This document shows positions 12,013-24,309 of a stretch of 64,000 nt of DNA, one piece after another (positions within the stretch are counted from its first letter, which is position 1; the number at the start of each line of letters is the position of its first letter). A program made the translations under genes and the position numbers. The stretch comes from Sphaerodactylus townsendi (lineage: Eukaryota). The notes under the pieces were generated by a model. That model did not search any database and was not told the DNA's origin. It saw nothing but the letters and a program-made list of their open reading frames with translations. The stretch is from contig NC_059437.1 of assembly GCF_021028975.2 (NCBI RefSeq), forward strand, positions 34,968,001-35,032,000, in the 5' to 3' direction.

Positions 12013-12949
12013 GTAAGCTGCCACATCTCTTGTTTAAATACTGATGTATGAAATACTAATAAATAAAGCCTGCTAACAGGCTCGTTGACAACTTGCACAA
12101 AAGTATCTTGCAAATGAAAGCTCAGAATTATACTGCAATAAAGGTAGCAATTCGTTAAAGTTTGGACTTTTGGACTGCTGGCATTTCCTAAAACTTTTAC
12201 GATCACTTTCCATATTAAAATGAGAGTTTATTTAAATATCTATCACAAATTTTATTTTTGTACTAATGATCTAAATTAGGTTTGTGTACTCCTAAAATAG
12301 GGTCCTAGTCTATAATATAAACAGACCTGATAAAAAATAACTGCTGCAAAGGATGGTACTAGGTCAACTTTTCCCTTGCCAGTCCTGGGTTTGTTCTAAC
12401 AGTTTTTCTGAACTGTTCTTTCTGACAAGACAATCCTGGGGAAGGCATGTGCAAGTGGCGTGCCACAACTGAATTAAGCTGGTTGAGTTACTGAATGCTT
12501 GCTTCTGATTTCCATTTCAGAAAGCGTTAAACCTTATTTATGAAATCATTTGTACTGAGCACTTAAGAGTAATTATCAAAATGCCAGAAGATGTCTCAGT
12601 AGGATGTCAAACTGTGCTGCACTCTAACAGTGATACATACCCATAATAGTTCAACTTGACAATCTTCACAAATCTACTTTGAACCAGTCCAGGCCTCGAC
12701 AGATTTTCTTTGACTCCAGGAGTAAGCTCAAAAACTCATTTGTTCACTCTTCAGGATTTTATTTGGCATTACTGTATTCTCTTACGATTGCTAGAGAGAT
12801 AAAATTTCTGGAAATCTAAAGGCCAGGTGTTTGGAAATTTCAGGAAGAATTAAAGTATACGCAGTACTTTGATATTAGACATATTTCAGTGGTTTAACAA
12901 AAGTTAACAATTGTGTCATGGTTAGAAAATAAAATTATTCTGTTTAGCA

Positions 12950-13181
12950 CAGGGGTCGGCAACCTTTACCACTCAAAGAGCCATTTGGACCCATTTTCCA
13001 AGGCCCTGAAGATCTACCGCGCCGGAGAGGTGGCCCTTCCACTCACCTTTCCTTCCGGCGCTGCTCTGGAGGGCTGGAGGGACATGCCAACGCTACCCTC
13101 CGACCTCCAGGCCATGCGGAGCCGCAGTATAAGGCTGAAAGAGCCGCATGCGGTTCCAGAGCCATAGGTTGCAGACCCCTG
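12950..13181 (+). mobile_element. Non-autonomous hAT (Charlie-like) element
   Basis: TIRs caggggtcggcaacct/aggttgcagacccctg; perfect 8-bp TSD gtttagca. Confidence 0.9.
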
Positions 13182-13440
13182 GTTTAGCATATATATGGAA
13201 TTTGAAAGCATAAATGTCTTGTGTTTTACAAACAAAATTGCAAAAATACCCAGTTCTTGAGAAAGAACTGCAAATTATCGCAGATGTGAGCAGTATATCT
13301 GCAATAATGAATTGATCATTGAATGGTGTCTTGACATTCTGAACAGACTCATGGTACTACCCAGTAGCGTGTGTTCAGCATTGCTTACTGATTGCAAGAA
13401 ATCATATCCAAGGATCTATTTAAAAAACTGATATTTTAAA

Positions 13441-13550
13441 CTGGTTGTTGCGGGCTTTCCAGGCTGTGTGGCCGTGATCTGGTAGATCACCTAGCCCAGA
13501 AAGCCCACAACAACCAGTTGAGTTTGGCTGCAAAACACTTCAACAATACA
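13441..13550. mobile_element. Penelope-like terminal fragment, inverted arrangement
   Basis: ctggttgttgcgggctttcc faces gaaagcccacaacaaccag; same family as 14909 and 34407. Confidence 0.55.
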
Positions 13551-13763
13551 TTAATATTTTAAAGTTTTGGTGCACAGGATGTTCTTGCCATATTCTCAGT
13601 CATTTAAGTTCTGGCAGAGGATATAACCTAGTTGTTAACTGAAGAGAAACCAATCATACTCTTGCTATTTACATTGCATGAAGTGGACCGTGAACAGCAA
13701 TAAGTCCTGATGGTCATAATAATTTTGAAGTTGAGCCTGTTTTGTTTGTTCTCTCTTCTCTAG

Positions 13764-13837
13764 GAAGAACTGTTGGACATTAAAGAGCGTCCCTATTCTA
13801 AACAAAGGCCATCGTGTCTTTCTGAAAAATATGACAG
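13764..13837 (+). CDS. EIF4ENIF1: EIF4ENIF1 coding exon 2
   Basis: ctag|EELLDIKERPYSKQRPSCLSEKYD(S)|gtattt. Confidence 0.96.
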
Positions 13838-14908
13838 GTATTTCTACTAAATTATGTGTGAATTCAATTCCTGCAGGTCTGTAATGCTGCTAACATTGCT
13901 CCTATAAATGTTTTGGTTCTACTGAAGGTGAATTTTGTGTCAAGACTTTCTTGTAATTATTTTTAAAACCTTGACTATCAGACAGACAAATTAGCTGTAT
14001 CTACACCCATACGCCTAAGTAGCATTGTGAGGTGTATCTGAATACCAACTAATCTGGAAACGTATTTGGAATGCTTTTTGTCTCTAGCTTGGCATCCTAA
14101 TGGCCATCAGAGATGCAAATTGCTTCCAAAACGTATAGAACTTGGAATTGCCATATAGTTCAGGATTACAGTAGAGGATAATGTGTTTGACAGCCCAATC
14201 CAGAGCCCTCAGTGGCCAGGGCAGTCACTGCCTCACCACCTCCAGAGGGCTTTTCAGCAGCATGGGGAGGCAAAATACAAAAACTCTCCATCACCAAAAA
14301 GCCCTCCATTGGGCTCATACCACCAAAAGGTTGGCATAAGCCCATGCCTCAGGTCATTACATATCTGGAGGCAAAGCCGGGGTAGAAGCTGACTAAGGTA
14401 AGTGCCTTTCTGCTGGCATAAGGTGCCTCATGACAGTGATTCTCCCTCCTACCCTGGACTAGGCCATAAAGCTTGGCTCGTGTCAACTGCTTTTTTAATA
14501 AAGGAGACACAGCTAGAATGCTTGTGTGGTATCTACTGCTGGGCAGGCTGCTTAACAGGTAGGACTTTTCACATTTGAAGTTCTATACAATGTATCTAAA
14601 ATGCAACCAAATAATAAAGTGAATTGTAGCTAATCTGTAAAGATTGAGCAGTAACGATTATGCTAGAATGAAGGATATTGACCTTGTTTTGCCAGTTCAG
14701 GCAATTTCATAGTGGTGGATTGGGGTTGCCCATAGATGTAGTTCTTCATTTGAGAAAGGAGCTTTCACAAGTATGTTTCAGATGTAGACATGATATGATA
14801 AGGTAATATGGAATGTGAATTAGGTGTTAGGCTCAGTGCTGTCAGCTCACTATCTTACTAGTATAAATATAATAGAAAATGGTCTCTACACAAGATGATT
14901 AAACATTT

Positions 14909-15084
14909 ATATTGTTGAAGACTTTAATGGCTGGAATCAACTGGCTGTTGTGAGTTTTCTGGGCTGTGTGACTGTGGACTGGTAGTTTTGCTCATAACCT
15001 TTCAGCTGCATTTATGACTGGCATCTTCAGAGGCATGTCACCGTAAGATGTGTTTTCTGGAGAGAAAACCCACAACAGTCAGTG
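14909..15084 (-). mobile_element. Penelope-like terminal fragment with a short inverted tail
   Basis: ttgaagactttaatggctggaatcaactgg...ggcatcttcagagg. Confidence 0.6.
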
Positions 15085-15170
15085 ACTAAACACTTTCCTA
15101 TTACAATTGGTTATCGAAATAGAAATGTATAGAGCTGTAAAATAGTAACATGGTCTTTGCAACTCTGTAG

Positions 15171-15298
15171 TGATGGTGTTTGGGACCCTGAAAAATGGCA
15201 TGCATCACTGTATCCAAATTCTGGAAGAACTTCACCAGTGGAAGGGCTTAAAAAGGATTCTGATGCAGATCGGACTTCCCTTATCCGCAGGATAGTAG
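15171..15298 (+). CDS. EIF4ENIF1: EIF4ENIF1 coding exon 3
   Basis: DGVWDPEKWHASLYPNSGRTSPVEGLKK...RRIV; gtag| and |gtgagt. Confidence 0.96.
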
Positions 15299-16036
15299 GT
15301 GAGTGCATCATAAAGGTGCTTGGAAGCTATGGATCTATGTTGTGGCAATATTGCCTCCTTATGTAACAGAAAACTTTAACATTTTCAGGTGTTCAGGGAT
15401 AGTACATCCCAAAAGTATCTTATCCATATAACCTCAGAAGGAGAAGCCAACATTAAATGCCTACTTACATCTGAACCAATTAGGCCAGACATGGCTAAGA
15501 GTGGAGGAAAAAGCACTATGTCTCCTCATGTGACTTCACAAGGGAAAATCTTAATGGTTTACATAATGGGAACCTTTTCTCATATCTGAAGTTTAGCAGG
15601 GAAGCTCTGTTGTGTAAAGGGTTCAGTGCCACCCCACATGCACTGCACTCTGGGTGTTGGAAATCACAGGCAGAAATCATTTCATCTGAAGCCAGATGAA
15701 GAAGCATTATTATAAAGAATACAAATAAAAGCAAAAAACTGAAACAGAATAACAGTTCAGGAATTAAGGGATCTCTGATGAATTCTGAAGTATGTGAATT
15801 GTCCTGCCGTCGAAGCAAACCTATTCCTTCCTCATTATGTTCTTGCTCTCAGTTCGTTAAAGCTGCATCAGATACATCTCCAGTGTGGCCCTATCTCTAA
15901 CTGAAATTCATCATTGCATTAGTGTTAAATAATCAAAAATAAGTGGCAGCATTTTGTAGTTGCAAGAAGCAATTTTATTGAGCTCCTTAAACTGTTGCAG
16001 CATGCAAAATGACTAAAACTGTCTTCAAATCTTCAG

Positions 16037-16323
16037 ATCCAAGGGAGCGCGTAAAAGAAGATGACTTGGATGTGGTGCTAAGTCCACAGAGGCGAAGTTT
16101 TGGAGGAGGCTGCCACGTCACTGCTGCTGTAGGCTCCCGCCGGGCAGGCAGCCCACTGGAAAAGGAGAATGACTGTGTTCGTGTTATAGGTGGCCGCAGG
16201 ATTGGCAGCGGGAGAATAATTTCTGCCCGGAACTTTGATAAAGACCACCGAGGCAGCGAGAAGGACTCAAGAGACGCAAGAGACAGAGACCGTGATAGGG
16301 ATTACAAAGAGAAGCGTTTCAGG
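16037..16323 (+). CDS. EIF4ENIF1: EIF4ENIF1 coding exon 4
   Basis: DPRERVKEDDLDVVLSPQRRSFGGGC...RRIGSGRII...KRFR|gtcagt. Confidence 0.97.
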
Positions 16324-16789
16324 GTCAGTACTTGAGCTAAGCAGAAGGGTAACTGGAACATGGTGTCTGTTTCATATCTGTGATAAAACACTTTACTTTA
16401 GGCGGAGATAGCAAATTATCAGAAGGGCGCTTATAATGTTGTAAGCAACTAATATGGTTTGTGGGTTTTTAATGGGGTGGTTCGTATGTTGCGTGAAAAC
16501 AGCAGTGCAGTTGAATTGACTAAAAAAAGATGTCTTGCACACACTTCTGTTTTAAAGCCAGATTTCTTCTAGGGATGAACTGAAATGACCTAAATAATGC
16601 ATTTAATTTAAAAACTTGCAATTATAAGGCATCAGTAGTTACAGAAGTTTGTCTCAAAGGCTAGGTGACTTCCTGTTACTTGCTCCCAGCGTTTTGTTCT
16701 GTTGATAAACTGTTCAGAGGCATTTAGTTGGAGAAGAAATGCTGAAGTAGACTTCTGATTAGCATAGAATTTGAGATCTGTAGAATGGT

Positions 16790-16993
16790 GCCGGATGTTT
16801 TCAGCCAGCCAAACTTCCATACATGACCCCATAGCATTTTTTAAAGCCAGGAGATGAAGTGATTTGCCATTGCCTACTTCTGTGTAGGATCCCGTGACTT
16901 CATTGATGGTCTTCCATTAAAGTACTAACCAGGGCCAACACTACTTAACTTCTGAGGTCTGATGGAGACAGGCTAGTGTGGACAGGACAGGGC
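16790..16993 (-). mobile_element. 5S rRNA-derived SINE with RTE/Sauria-type tail
   Basis: Reverse strand tcagacctcagaagttaagtagtgttggccctggttagtactttaatggaagacc aligns with the 5S internal promoter region, then ggcaatggcaaatcac tail. Confidence 0.75.
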
Positions 16994-17258
16994 AATATGG
17001 TTGACGAAACTGTCAAGTGCTAACCTGATCTTCTGACAATTTCAGGTATTAGCAAACATAAAAATGAAATTTGAAACGTGTATATACATCCTGGGAGGAA
17101 TATTCATTTTAGAGGTGTAAATATATTCCCTTTTAATTCTGTTTATGAGGTTATACATTCTCCCTCTTTAGGAATGAATCCCCTGGATGTTCATCTGACA
17201 GACTTTGCTTACAAAGAATCATAAGTCTGTTCTTTCCTATGCCATTTTTATTCTTTAG

Positions 17259-17460
17259 CGAGAATTTGGAGACAACAAGCGTGTCTTTGGGGAGCGTCGA
17301 AGGAACGACTCCTATACGGAAGAGGAACCGGAATGGTTCTCTGCTGGTCCCACAAGTCAGTCAGAAACCATTGAGCTAACTGGCTTTGATGATAAAATTC
17401 TAGAGGAAGAACACAAAGGAAGAAAGCGAGCGAGGCGACGCACAACTTCTCTGAAGGAAG
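17259..17460 (+). CDS. EIF4ENIF1: EIF4ENIF1 coding exon 5 (Cup-homology, DDX6-binding region)
   Basis: REFGDNKRVFGERRRNDSYTEEEPEWFSAGPTSQSETIELTGFDD...|gtattt. Confidence 0.97.
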
Positions 17461-17648
17461 GTATTTCACACTGAAATGTGAATGAACTGGAACTGATGCA
17501 TCCAGCAGGAGCAATCACTGAAAGTTGGTTTGTCACTAGACTTTACAGTATGCAATATTTCATGGTTGCATTTGTAAAGTGGATGAATATTGCAAGAGTG
17601 GTTAGACTATAGCTATCTAACTTAGTCACTGTGTGGAAGCAAAGTATT

Positions 17649-17940
17649 GAAGAATAAGTTTGGATTTATATCTCCCCTCTCTCTCCTGTAAGGAGACTCA
17701 AAGGGGGTTACAATCTCCTTTCCCTCCCCACCCCCCAGCAAACACCCTGTGAGGTGGGTGGGGCTGAGAGAGCTCGGAAGAACTGTGACTAGCCCAAGGT
17801 CACCCAGCTGGCGTGTGTTGGAGTACACAGGCCAATCTAGTTCCCCAGATAAGCCTCTACAACTCAAGGCAAAGCAGGGAATCAAACCTGGTTCTCCAGA
17901 CTAGAGTGCACCTGCTCTTAACCACTATGCCACTGCTGGT
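17649..17940 (-). mobile_element. Full-length tRNA-derived squamate SINE (Squam3-like); older relatives near 1620, 43140, 44030, 45750, 53180, 58230
   Basis: Reverse strand tggcatagtggttaagagc (A box), ggtttgattcc (B box), ctgggtgaccttgggc core, L2-type tail. Confidence 0.85.
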
Positions 17941-18290
17941 GGTGGTATATCTTTCTGAAACAGGCACATTTGAATGGTATTTGGATTTTGCTTCAGTTCT
18001 CCCCTATTGCTGACTACTCACTTGGAAGGAATTATGTTTGGGGGAGGAATTAAAATTAAAGTTCATTATCTTTCCTTATTAGTTCATAGCTGACACATTA
18101 TATCTTTAAGGCATTGTCAAGTGATTTCTTTTCAGAATTTACCACTAAACTGATGCATTTTATTAACTGTCCTTTTGAAGGAGCTTTCTGTGAATTAAAC
18201 ACTTGTAAACATAACAGAATCCCAAGAGCTGAAACATAGTGCCTTGAGCTACTTCTGGAGACTATCGCGGCTATGTTTTATTTTTCCAAG

Positions 18291-18466
18291 CAATAGAATG
18301 CAACGGTGGAGTAGCAGAAGAGGAGGAAACGCAGGGTGTTCTGGGCCAGGAGATGACAACAGATCAAGAAGTCCCAAGAGAAGTGGTATTGCCAGAACCA
18401 GCTCCAGGAGAGTTTGATTTCAATGAGTTCTTCAACCTGGATAAGAGTGTTCCTGGCTTGGCTTCG
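18291..18466 (+). CDS. EIF4ENIF1: EIF4ENIF1 coding exon 6
   Basis: IECNGGVAEEE...PGEFDFNEFFNLDKSVPGLAS|gtgagt; a second in-frame AG lies 6 nt downstream of the acceptor. Confidence 0.93.
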
Positions 18467-18802
18467 GTGAGTGTTAGAGCAATCACTCTTAGAATGGGTG
18501 CCACTGTATACTCACGCACAGTATCTGGTAGCAGGGTTTCATATCCATGTGACTTATAGGAAACTTGGATACATTTGTCTGAAACATGGATCGCTCAAAT
18601 GCCATCTTTCTGCATAAGGGAGAAGTTCTGCTACTTCACACTCTTTGGGAAGGTTGCACGTGACACTGAATCACTTGTGAAACTTGAAGCTTTTCAAGTT
18701 GGGGAAAAATCAGTTGAGCTGCAATTTTTCTGTATACAATATAGTTTTCTATGTAAATGGTTTTAATTTCAAAAGTCATATCCTGTTTATGTTCATGAAA
18801 GA

Positions 18803-19162
18803 CCTAGTTTTGGGGAAGCAGTGTAGGTAACCCTGTTAAGCGCTATTAAACCCTACTGATTTTCATGGGCAGAACTAAAGCGTGATCCTTTACTTGGGAG
18901 TAAGCTCTGTTGCTGGCAATGGGGCTTGCGTCTGAGTAAACCCTCCTAGGGTCGTGATTCACCCGTTGGAAGCGTTGCACAGTTGCTTCAAAGCAAAGCC
19001 ACCAACTTCCACCAAGTTTACTCCCGAGTAACGCGTGCCTTGGAGCCAACCATTTTTTCTATACTAAAACCTCAGAATTGCCATGTTGGCACTTTGTGAT
19101 AAATAAGTGGGTTTTGGGTTGCAAGTTTGGGCACTCGGTCTTTAAAAGGTTCACCATCACTG
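18803..19162 (+). mobile_element. One end of a non-autonomous hAT element
   Basis: Ends in aggttcaccatcactg, a CAGTGATGGYGAACCT-type TIR; partner TIR not found. Confidence 0.6.
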
Positions 19163-20599
19163 ACTTATATCAAGTCTGAGTATCTCGAGATAATCATGGT
19201 TTAGGCATAAGGGGAATAATAGACAATTCTGACTACTGACAACCTGTTTAATTTTGGTAAATCTATATAAAGATTTCTAAACTCTGTACATTCAGATCAT
19301 TCTAGTATTGCAGCCAATGAACTCCTTGAATCTTGTTCTGTGAGGCTTCTACAGCCACGCTTCATTGCTAGTACTGAATTCATTTCTATTGTAGCCTCTG
19401 ATCCCTGTCACCAGCAATTATGCCTTTTCTAATGCTAACAAATTCTTAGTTTTTGCTTCAAAAGGAAAAGTTATAAAATAAGGATTCCAGATGCCTTTAA
19501 GAACTTGGGATTATTAAACTTTGTCACACATGAACTGATAATGTGACTTTATATGCAAATGCATTTTGATTATCTGCCAGTCTGCCCCAGAGGGTTGCAC
19601 AGTCCAAAGGCACAAACATCCTGGACACTAACCCAAAACATATGAAAACTGTGTGGGAAGGCTGCTCTGTCCTGCAGCTCTACTTGTGTTCATCTAAAGT
19701 TGTACCTGCTGAGGTTAAACTGCAGTCAGTTGCCTTTATAGCTTCTGAGTCTTTACTGCAATAAAAAACTTTGTATTTAAGGGAAAAGGAAATGTTTTTG
19801 GCCCTGTCAGCCAAGTTCACTTGAGCTACCATTCATATGGTGGCATAGTGGGAGTGAGACACTTCTTCATGAAGACATGATGTCTCACTTCAGCAAAAAG
19901 AGGCCACAGAACATTCTGGAAGACTAAATTAGTGATGTGCTATTTGCATCTTGACATTTGAGAGCGTGGTTGTCTGCCTGTAATAGTACACAGCCAGGGC
20001 ATGGAACTAACTTGGGTTCAATTTTGTGGGGTGGCAGATATAACTGAATGGTGGTAAATGTTTGCAGTAGAACTGAGAATATGGAGCTTTTTTTTACAGA
20101 GGAGGTAACTTTTTGTAAGGACAAAGGGATAGATCTAGCCGTCCATCAGCTGACTAACTCTGCTCATTTGACTAAATAGACATGAGTCGGAGGTCTGCCA
20201 TGTAGAGCATTAAGGCCAAAGTTGCTGCCTTGGCTCTTGCATGAGAACTTGAATTGCAAAAGTGGGGCAATAAATCCCCTTCCTTTAGTACTGCCCTAAA
20301 CCCACATGAGTATTGCCCACATAGTCTTTGGGGAAAGGAATATGAAAAGTGTCTGATCAGTGTTGGATTGCTAGATCCAACCCTGTGTGACTGCACAGGC
20401 TTTTGATATAGGCTCAGAATAGTTCAGACAAGTTGAGAATCTGCAGACATGCAGATGCAAACCCACTCACACATTGCCTTTGCTCTTCTAGCTCTCGCTC
20501 TCATACTACCTCTTATTTTCTATTGTCTCACTCCCCTTGCTGCAACAGTTTTATCTAAGGTGCAGTCACACTGAAGTTTCTTGAGCACTGGCTTTACTA

Positions 20600-20707
20600 C
20601 AGGAGTGTCCAACTCTTGCGTTTCAGATGTTCATGGACTATATTTTCCATCAGCCCCTGCTGGGAATAGTCTATGAGCATCTGAAGCGCCAGAGTTGGAC
20701 ACCCCTG
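20600..20707. mobile_element. Palindromic hAT-type MITE
   Basis: caggagtgtccaactct/agagttggacacccctg; TSD ctttacta/ctttactg. Confidence 0.8.
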
Positions 20708-21323
20708 CTTTACTGCATTGGTCAGCAACACGGTGCCTTTGAAATGTGAGCTTGAGATTTCATGAAATTGGTTTGCATTCTGTGTTATGGGAGAGGTTTA
20801 GCTAATGGAAGGGCTTGGGGATTTTTCAGCAAACTTCAGGATTGTCAGAGCCCCCTCCCTTTCTGTACATGGTCCCATCATGCAGAGTTGTTGATCTACA
20901 TTCTACAGCCATCTTCATAATTCGCTTCATAATGGCACTTGAACAGTTTAACTGGAAGAATGTAAGCTTGCTGTAGGAAAAAATTCTGCTTCCAGACCCT
21001 CTGCCCTACTGTATCTGCCATTTGGCCACCAAAAGCAATGCAGAATAGTGGGTCATGTTTTCAGTGTGTGGTATGCTTGATTCTGCCAAAAAAAAAAAGG
21101 TAAGGCAAAACAATCTTCCAAACATGTCTTACAACAGTAGCATGCAAACTTTCAGGACAAAACCACCTTCACACAGTTTTAGCATGGCTGCTTAGGCAGT
21201 GCAATTTTGGAAATGAAACTGAATGTTATGGATTCTGGAACAACAGGTCTACTGAAATTTTGCAAATTTTTGCCTCTTTATCAGACTTGTCTGAAATGTT
21301 GTTCATTTCCCCTTATAATGCAG

Positions 21324-21459
21324 ATGATTGAAGATGTGTTGGGGGAAGGCTCAGTCTCAGCCAGTAGGTTCAGTCGCTGGTTTTCCAACCCTAGTCGCTC
21401 TGGGAGTCTTTCAAGTAGCCTTAGATCTACACCTCATGAAGAGCTGGAAAGATTGGCAG
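21324..21459 (+). CDS. EIF4ENIF1: EIF4ENIF1 coding exon 7
   Basis: MIEDVLGEGSVSASRFSRWFSNPSRSGS...EELERLA|gtaatc. Confidence 0.97.
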
Positions 21460-21684
21460 GTAATCTAGCCTTTTTGTGCACTGTTTTCTTTCTGCTAGGA
21501 AGTTTTAGAATTGTGGATTCGTCCACACTGACTGTTTACTGTGCAAATTCTGATGCTTCAGCTTGTGAAGCAATATCTTGAACAACAGTGTCAGCATCTT
21601 TACAAAGAGGAGGAGAAACCTCATTGTGTTTTTGATTCCTTAGCATACTATCGTACTAGACAGTCCTGGTTTTTGCTGTTTCAG

Positions 21685-21864
21685 GTCTAGAACAAGGCAT
21701 TCTATCCCCTGGTCAGAACTCTGGAAACTACTTTGCTCCCATTCCTTTGGAAGACCATTCAGAAAACAAGGTGGACATCTTAGAAATGCTACAGAAAGCC
21801 AAAGTGGACTTAAAACCCCTCCTCTCAAGTCTCTCAGCCAACAAGGAGAAGCTTAGAGAGAGCA
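21685..21864 (+). CDS. EIF4ENIF1: EIF4ENIF1 coding exon 8
   Basis: LEQGILSPGQNSGNYFAPIPLEDHSENKVDILEMLQKAK...|gtaagt. Confidence 0.97.
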
Positions 21865-24079
21865 GTAAGTCTTCCCTTCTGCTGTTGTGCTCCTATGATG
21901 CCTTAGGCAAAAACACGTTCAGCTCCAAGTTTTGGTTCTCAACCAGGAAGTACTAAATGCTACTGAGATTTCCATGGATATCTGCATTGCCTTGGTGTAA
22001 TCTGACCCTTATCCATAGGATGACAGCAGGATTAAATGAAACCTGTGGTGTAACTGAAGGTCCAGTATCAACCTTTCCTGGCATCTGAATCTGTTTCCAT
22101 ATTGGAAACTGGTGAAAAAATCAAGCACTGCCAAGCTTGTGACTTGAACAGGTCTTGCTGTTTACGCTTCCAAGTTTCCACCAATACACCTACTGGCTCA
22201 GTAACTTAGGCAAAACTTTCAGCAGCCGTTCCAGAGTCTGTGGTGTTTATTTTGAGTATCGCATTTAAAAATGAATTAAGAATTGGCTAGGTCTGGGACA
22301 TGAAATGGCAGCCATACTTATGAAGAAAAAATATAGGAAAGGAGTGCTTTAACAACAAATGCTGGAATTTCTAGTGGTGGTTGGGGCTCAAGTTTTTAAA
22401 ATCACACGTTAACAGAAGACTTGCATGAATGATTTGAAATTGTGTGCATGTGGTTTTTGCACGTTCAAGAGATTCTACATGGGCTTAAACTTCAAAATCT
22501 CTGGAAGTAAGTAAGCGTGACAGCTCTTCCATATGTCTTAACCAACATGAAGAGTCAAATTTCCATGATCTGTCCAGGGATTCTGGACTATTGTGCTTGG
22601 TTGGAAGAGGGGTGATCCTTGGTAGAGCTCCTTCCCATATTAATTCAAAGTCTTATTCTCAATTTATATCTCATGGCTTTCTGTTGCTACTTTGCAAGAT
22701 GTGTTGAAAAACGGGCATGTGAATTGAATACATGCCTCTGTGCAAATAGCAAAGGATCTTAAGGGCCAGGAGTTTATGTGTGCTGCTTAGGCCTGCAATT
22801 CCTAATGGAAACCAAAGACTGTTGCCTTCTCTGTGGTGCTTCTGAATCCCACCTCTGATCACTGACTGGAAGCATCTTGCCCACATAGTCTTTGGGGAAA
22901 GAGGAATATGGCTGGGCACTGGAGCACACCATGATCTGTTTAGTGATGCTTTTGTGGTCTGGCATGACTAGTATTGGGAATTTGGACATCTGCTCCCATG
23001 CAGGAGTGCGCTGTCGATCTCAATTTTGTTGACTTGATGGTAGAAGCAGGTGACATGCGTTCTGTAAAGCTTCTGAAAAAGCACAAATGCTACAACTTTG
23101 GTAAATTCAAGACAATGTGTACAACAAACTTCTGTTCAACTAGTCGTTTGGATCGCTGCTTCTGAGAAAAATCAAGTAGCTGTGGTTGAGCTGATGAGAT
23201 TTCAAACGTTTCCAAAGTTCAAGGAGAGCATAGTAGCTGTAATTACAAATTGAGTGACCTGTTAAAAAGTCTGTGTGGTTCTTCTTCAGCTGCCCAGAAT
23301 AGTCCTTGTGGCTCAGAATCCACGACACAAGGATCAATAAATGACATGGCAGTACACCCTTTTCTAAGCAGAATACCTCCTTCTAAATGCCAGATACTGC
23401 TCATCTGCATACAAGCAAAGAGATGCTCTTTTGTAGGCTACTTAAACTATCTGGCATTAATAAAAGCCTCTATTCACTTTCTTTAAAATCATGAAGACCA
23501 TCGGTAGCTTATTGTTGCAGTTAAACTACCACTGATTTGACCTTTTGAGTGGAAATATGGCCAAGATTCAAACCTGGCGCCTTGCTTAGCTTACAGATTG
23601 CATGTTGCCTTTTACTGCCTTAGAGCACAATTCGCAAAGAAGTACTGTGGTGCACTCCCATTCATTTGGATGGGGAGAGCTTCCCACTGGACTGTGCCTT
23701 ATGCTTTTAATGTAACTGATTGCACTCTAGCACTGTGTTGTGCTGTACATTTTTTCAAGGGAACACACACTTATTTCCTGGCTTGTAACTTTTGCATATT
23801 TAAGAGGTTCAGTAATACAGTGACTTGAATACCGGTATCTTTGAGCTAACATTTTATTTCTTGTTAGTTTGTTGGAAAGGTCTGAGAACAATAACCTCTG
23901 ATACAAGAACAAGAACAAAAACCACTGATTGAATGTTGATATGCTTATTTTTTGCATGGCCTAGAAAATCAGTCCAAAGTGGTTTAGATGAAAGCTGACA
24001 CTTAACTTCATGTCCTTTTAATTTTGAATCTTGCTCTAAAACAGTTATGTTTTTAACTCTTCCCCCTTCCCTTGCTCAG

Positions 24080-24309
24080 CACATTCAGGAGTTGTACTTT
24101 CAGTAGAAGAAGTGGAAGCTGGGCTGAAAGGCCTGAAAGTGGGTCAGGAGGGGAAAACTGCTGCCCCTTTAATGGCAGAGCATGTGGACGAGGCACTAAA
24201 CATGACAGACTCCCAGCAGCTTAAAAAGGATGGTGATATGTCTGCCTTCAACAAGTTAGTCAGTACTATGAAGGCAAGTGGAACGCTCCCTTCACAACCT
24301 AAAGTGAAT
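24080..24309 (+). CDS. EIF4ENIF1: EIF4ENIF1 coding exon 9
   Basis: HSGVVLSVEEVEAGLKGLKV...DMSAFNKLVSTMKASGTLPSQPKVN|gtaagt. Confidence 0.96.

Noticed and set aside
23191-23215. CTGATGA followed by tttcaaacg, hammerhead or C-box-like
   Set aside because: No GAAA core, no stems and no suitably placed D box with a terminal stem.
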